Assembly: GCA_020137815.1 (NCBI GenBank)
Contig: CM035357.1
Coordinates: 248,001-312,000 of the forward strand
DNA from: Hormiphora californensis
Lineage: Eukaryota; Animalia; Ctenophora
Length of the DNA: 64,000 nucleotides
Direction of reading: 5' to 3'
The notes under the pieces were generated by a model, which saw nothing but the letters and a program-made list of their open reading frames with translations, was not told the DNA's origin and did no database searches. A program made the position numbers and the translations under genes. Position 1 is the first letter of the stretch. Every line of letters begins with the position of its first letter. Below, in pieces: positions 63,924 to 64,000 of this stretch.

Positions 63924-64000
63924 ATGCCTTTCACAGGTCCAGCGAAAGCACCGTCTCCGAAGGCCGAGGAAGCCCCTCCTCCTCCACCTCCCCCTCCTGA
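63924..64000 (+). CDS. Probable further cluster member, truncated by the window edge (MPFTGPAKAPSPKAEEAPPPPPPPP...)
   Basis: aaaATGCCT start context and Pro-rich composition like its neighbours. C-terminus not visible. Confidence 0.5.
   Translation, partial: MPFTGPAKAPSPKAEEAPPPPPPPP

Overview
Eukaryotic, intron-rich animal DNA, most likely a ctenophore of the genus Pleurobrachia. This is an inference from a ctenopsin-1-like opsin and from a 107-bp inverted-repeat element I recall as abundant in P. bachei gene models. Gene models were built by hand, checking GT-AG sites and exon phases. Contents: (1) a focadhesin-like gene on + (1-5821) with a frameshifted stretch; (2) an 8-exon, 335-aa opsin on + (10038-23578) with K296, E113 and E181 but no C110-C187 disulfide, and EQY in place of ERY; (3) one gene on - (51019-25179) with 37-38 coding exons, encoding about 1,540 aa made of two complete SLC6/NSS transporter domains fused in tandem, with a candidate mutually exclusive exon pair; (4) a small 4-TM gene with three homologous alternative last exons (52808-56253); (5) a cluster of at least 7 Pro/Gly/His-rich microprotein genes ending in a Cys cluster plus CaaX (57022-64000). 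Mobile DNA includes Chapaev-like foldback elements, a head-to-head Penelope-like insertion with hammerhead cores, an RTE fragment, a Helitron and MITEs. The most striking pattern: at about 20 exon boundaries the exon end plus its splice site is copied into the adjacent intron, from 2 up to about 175 times. The intronic copies differ from the real exon almost only at synonymous codon positions.
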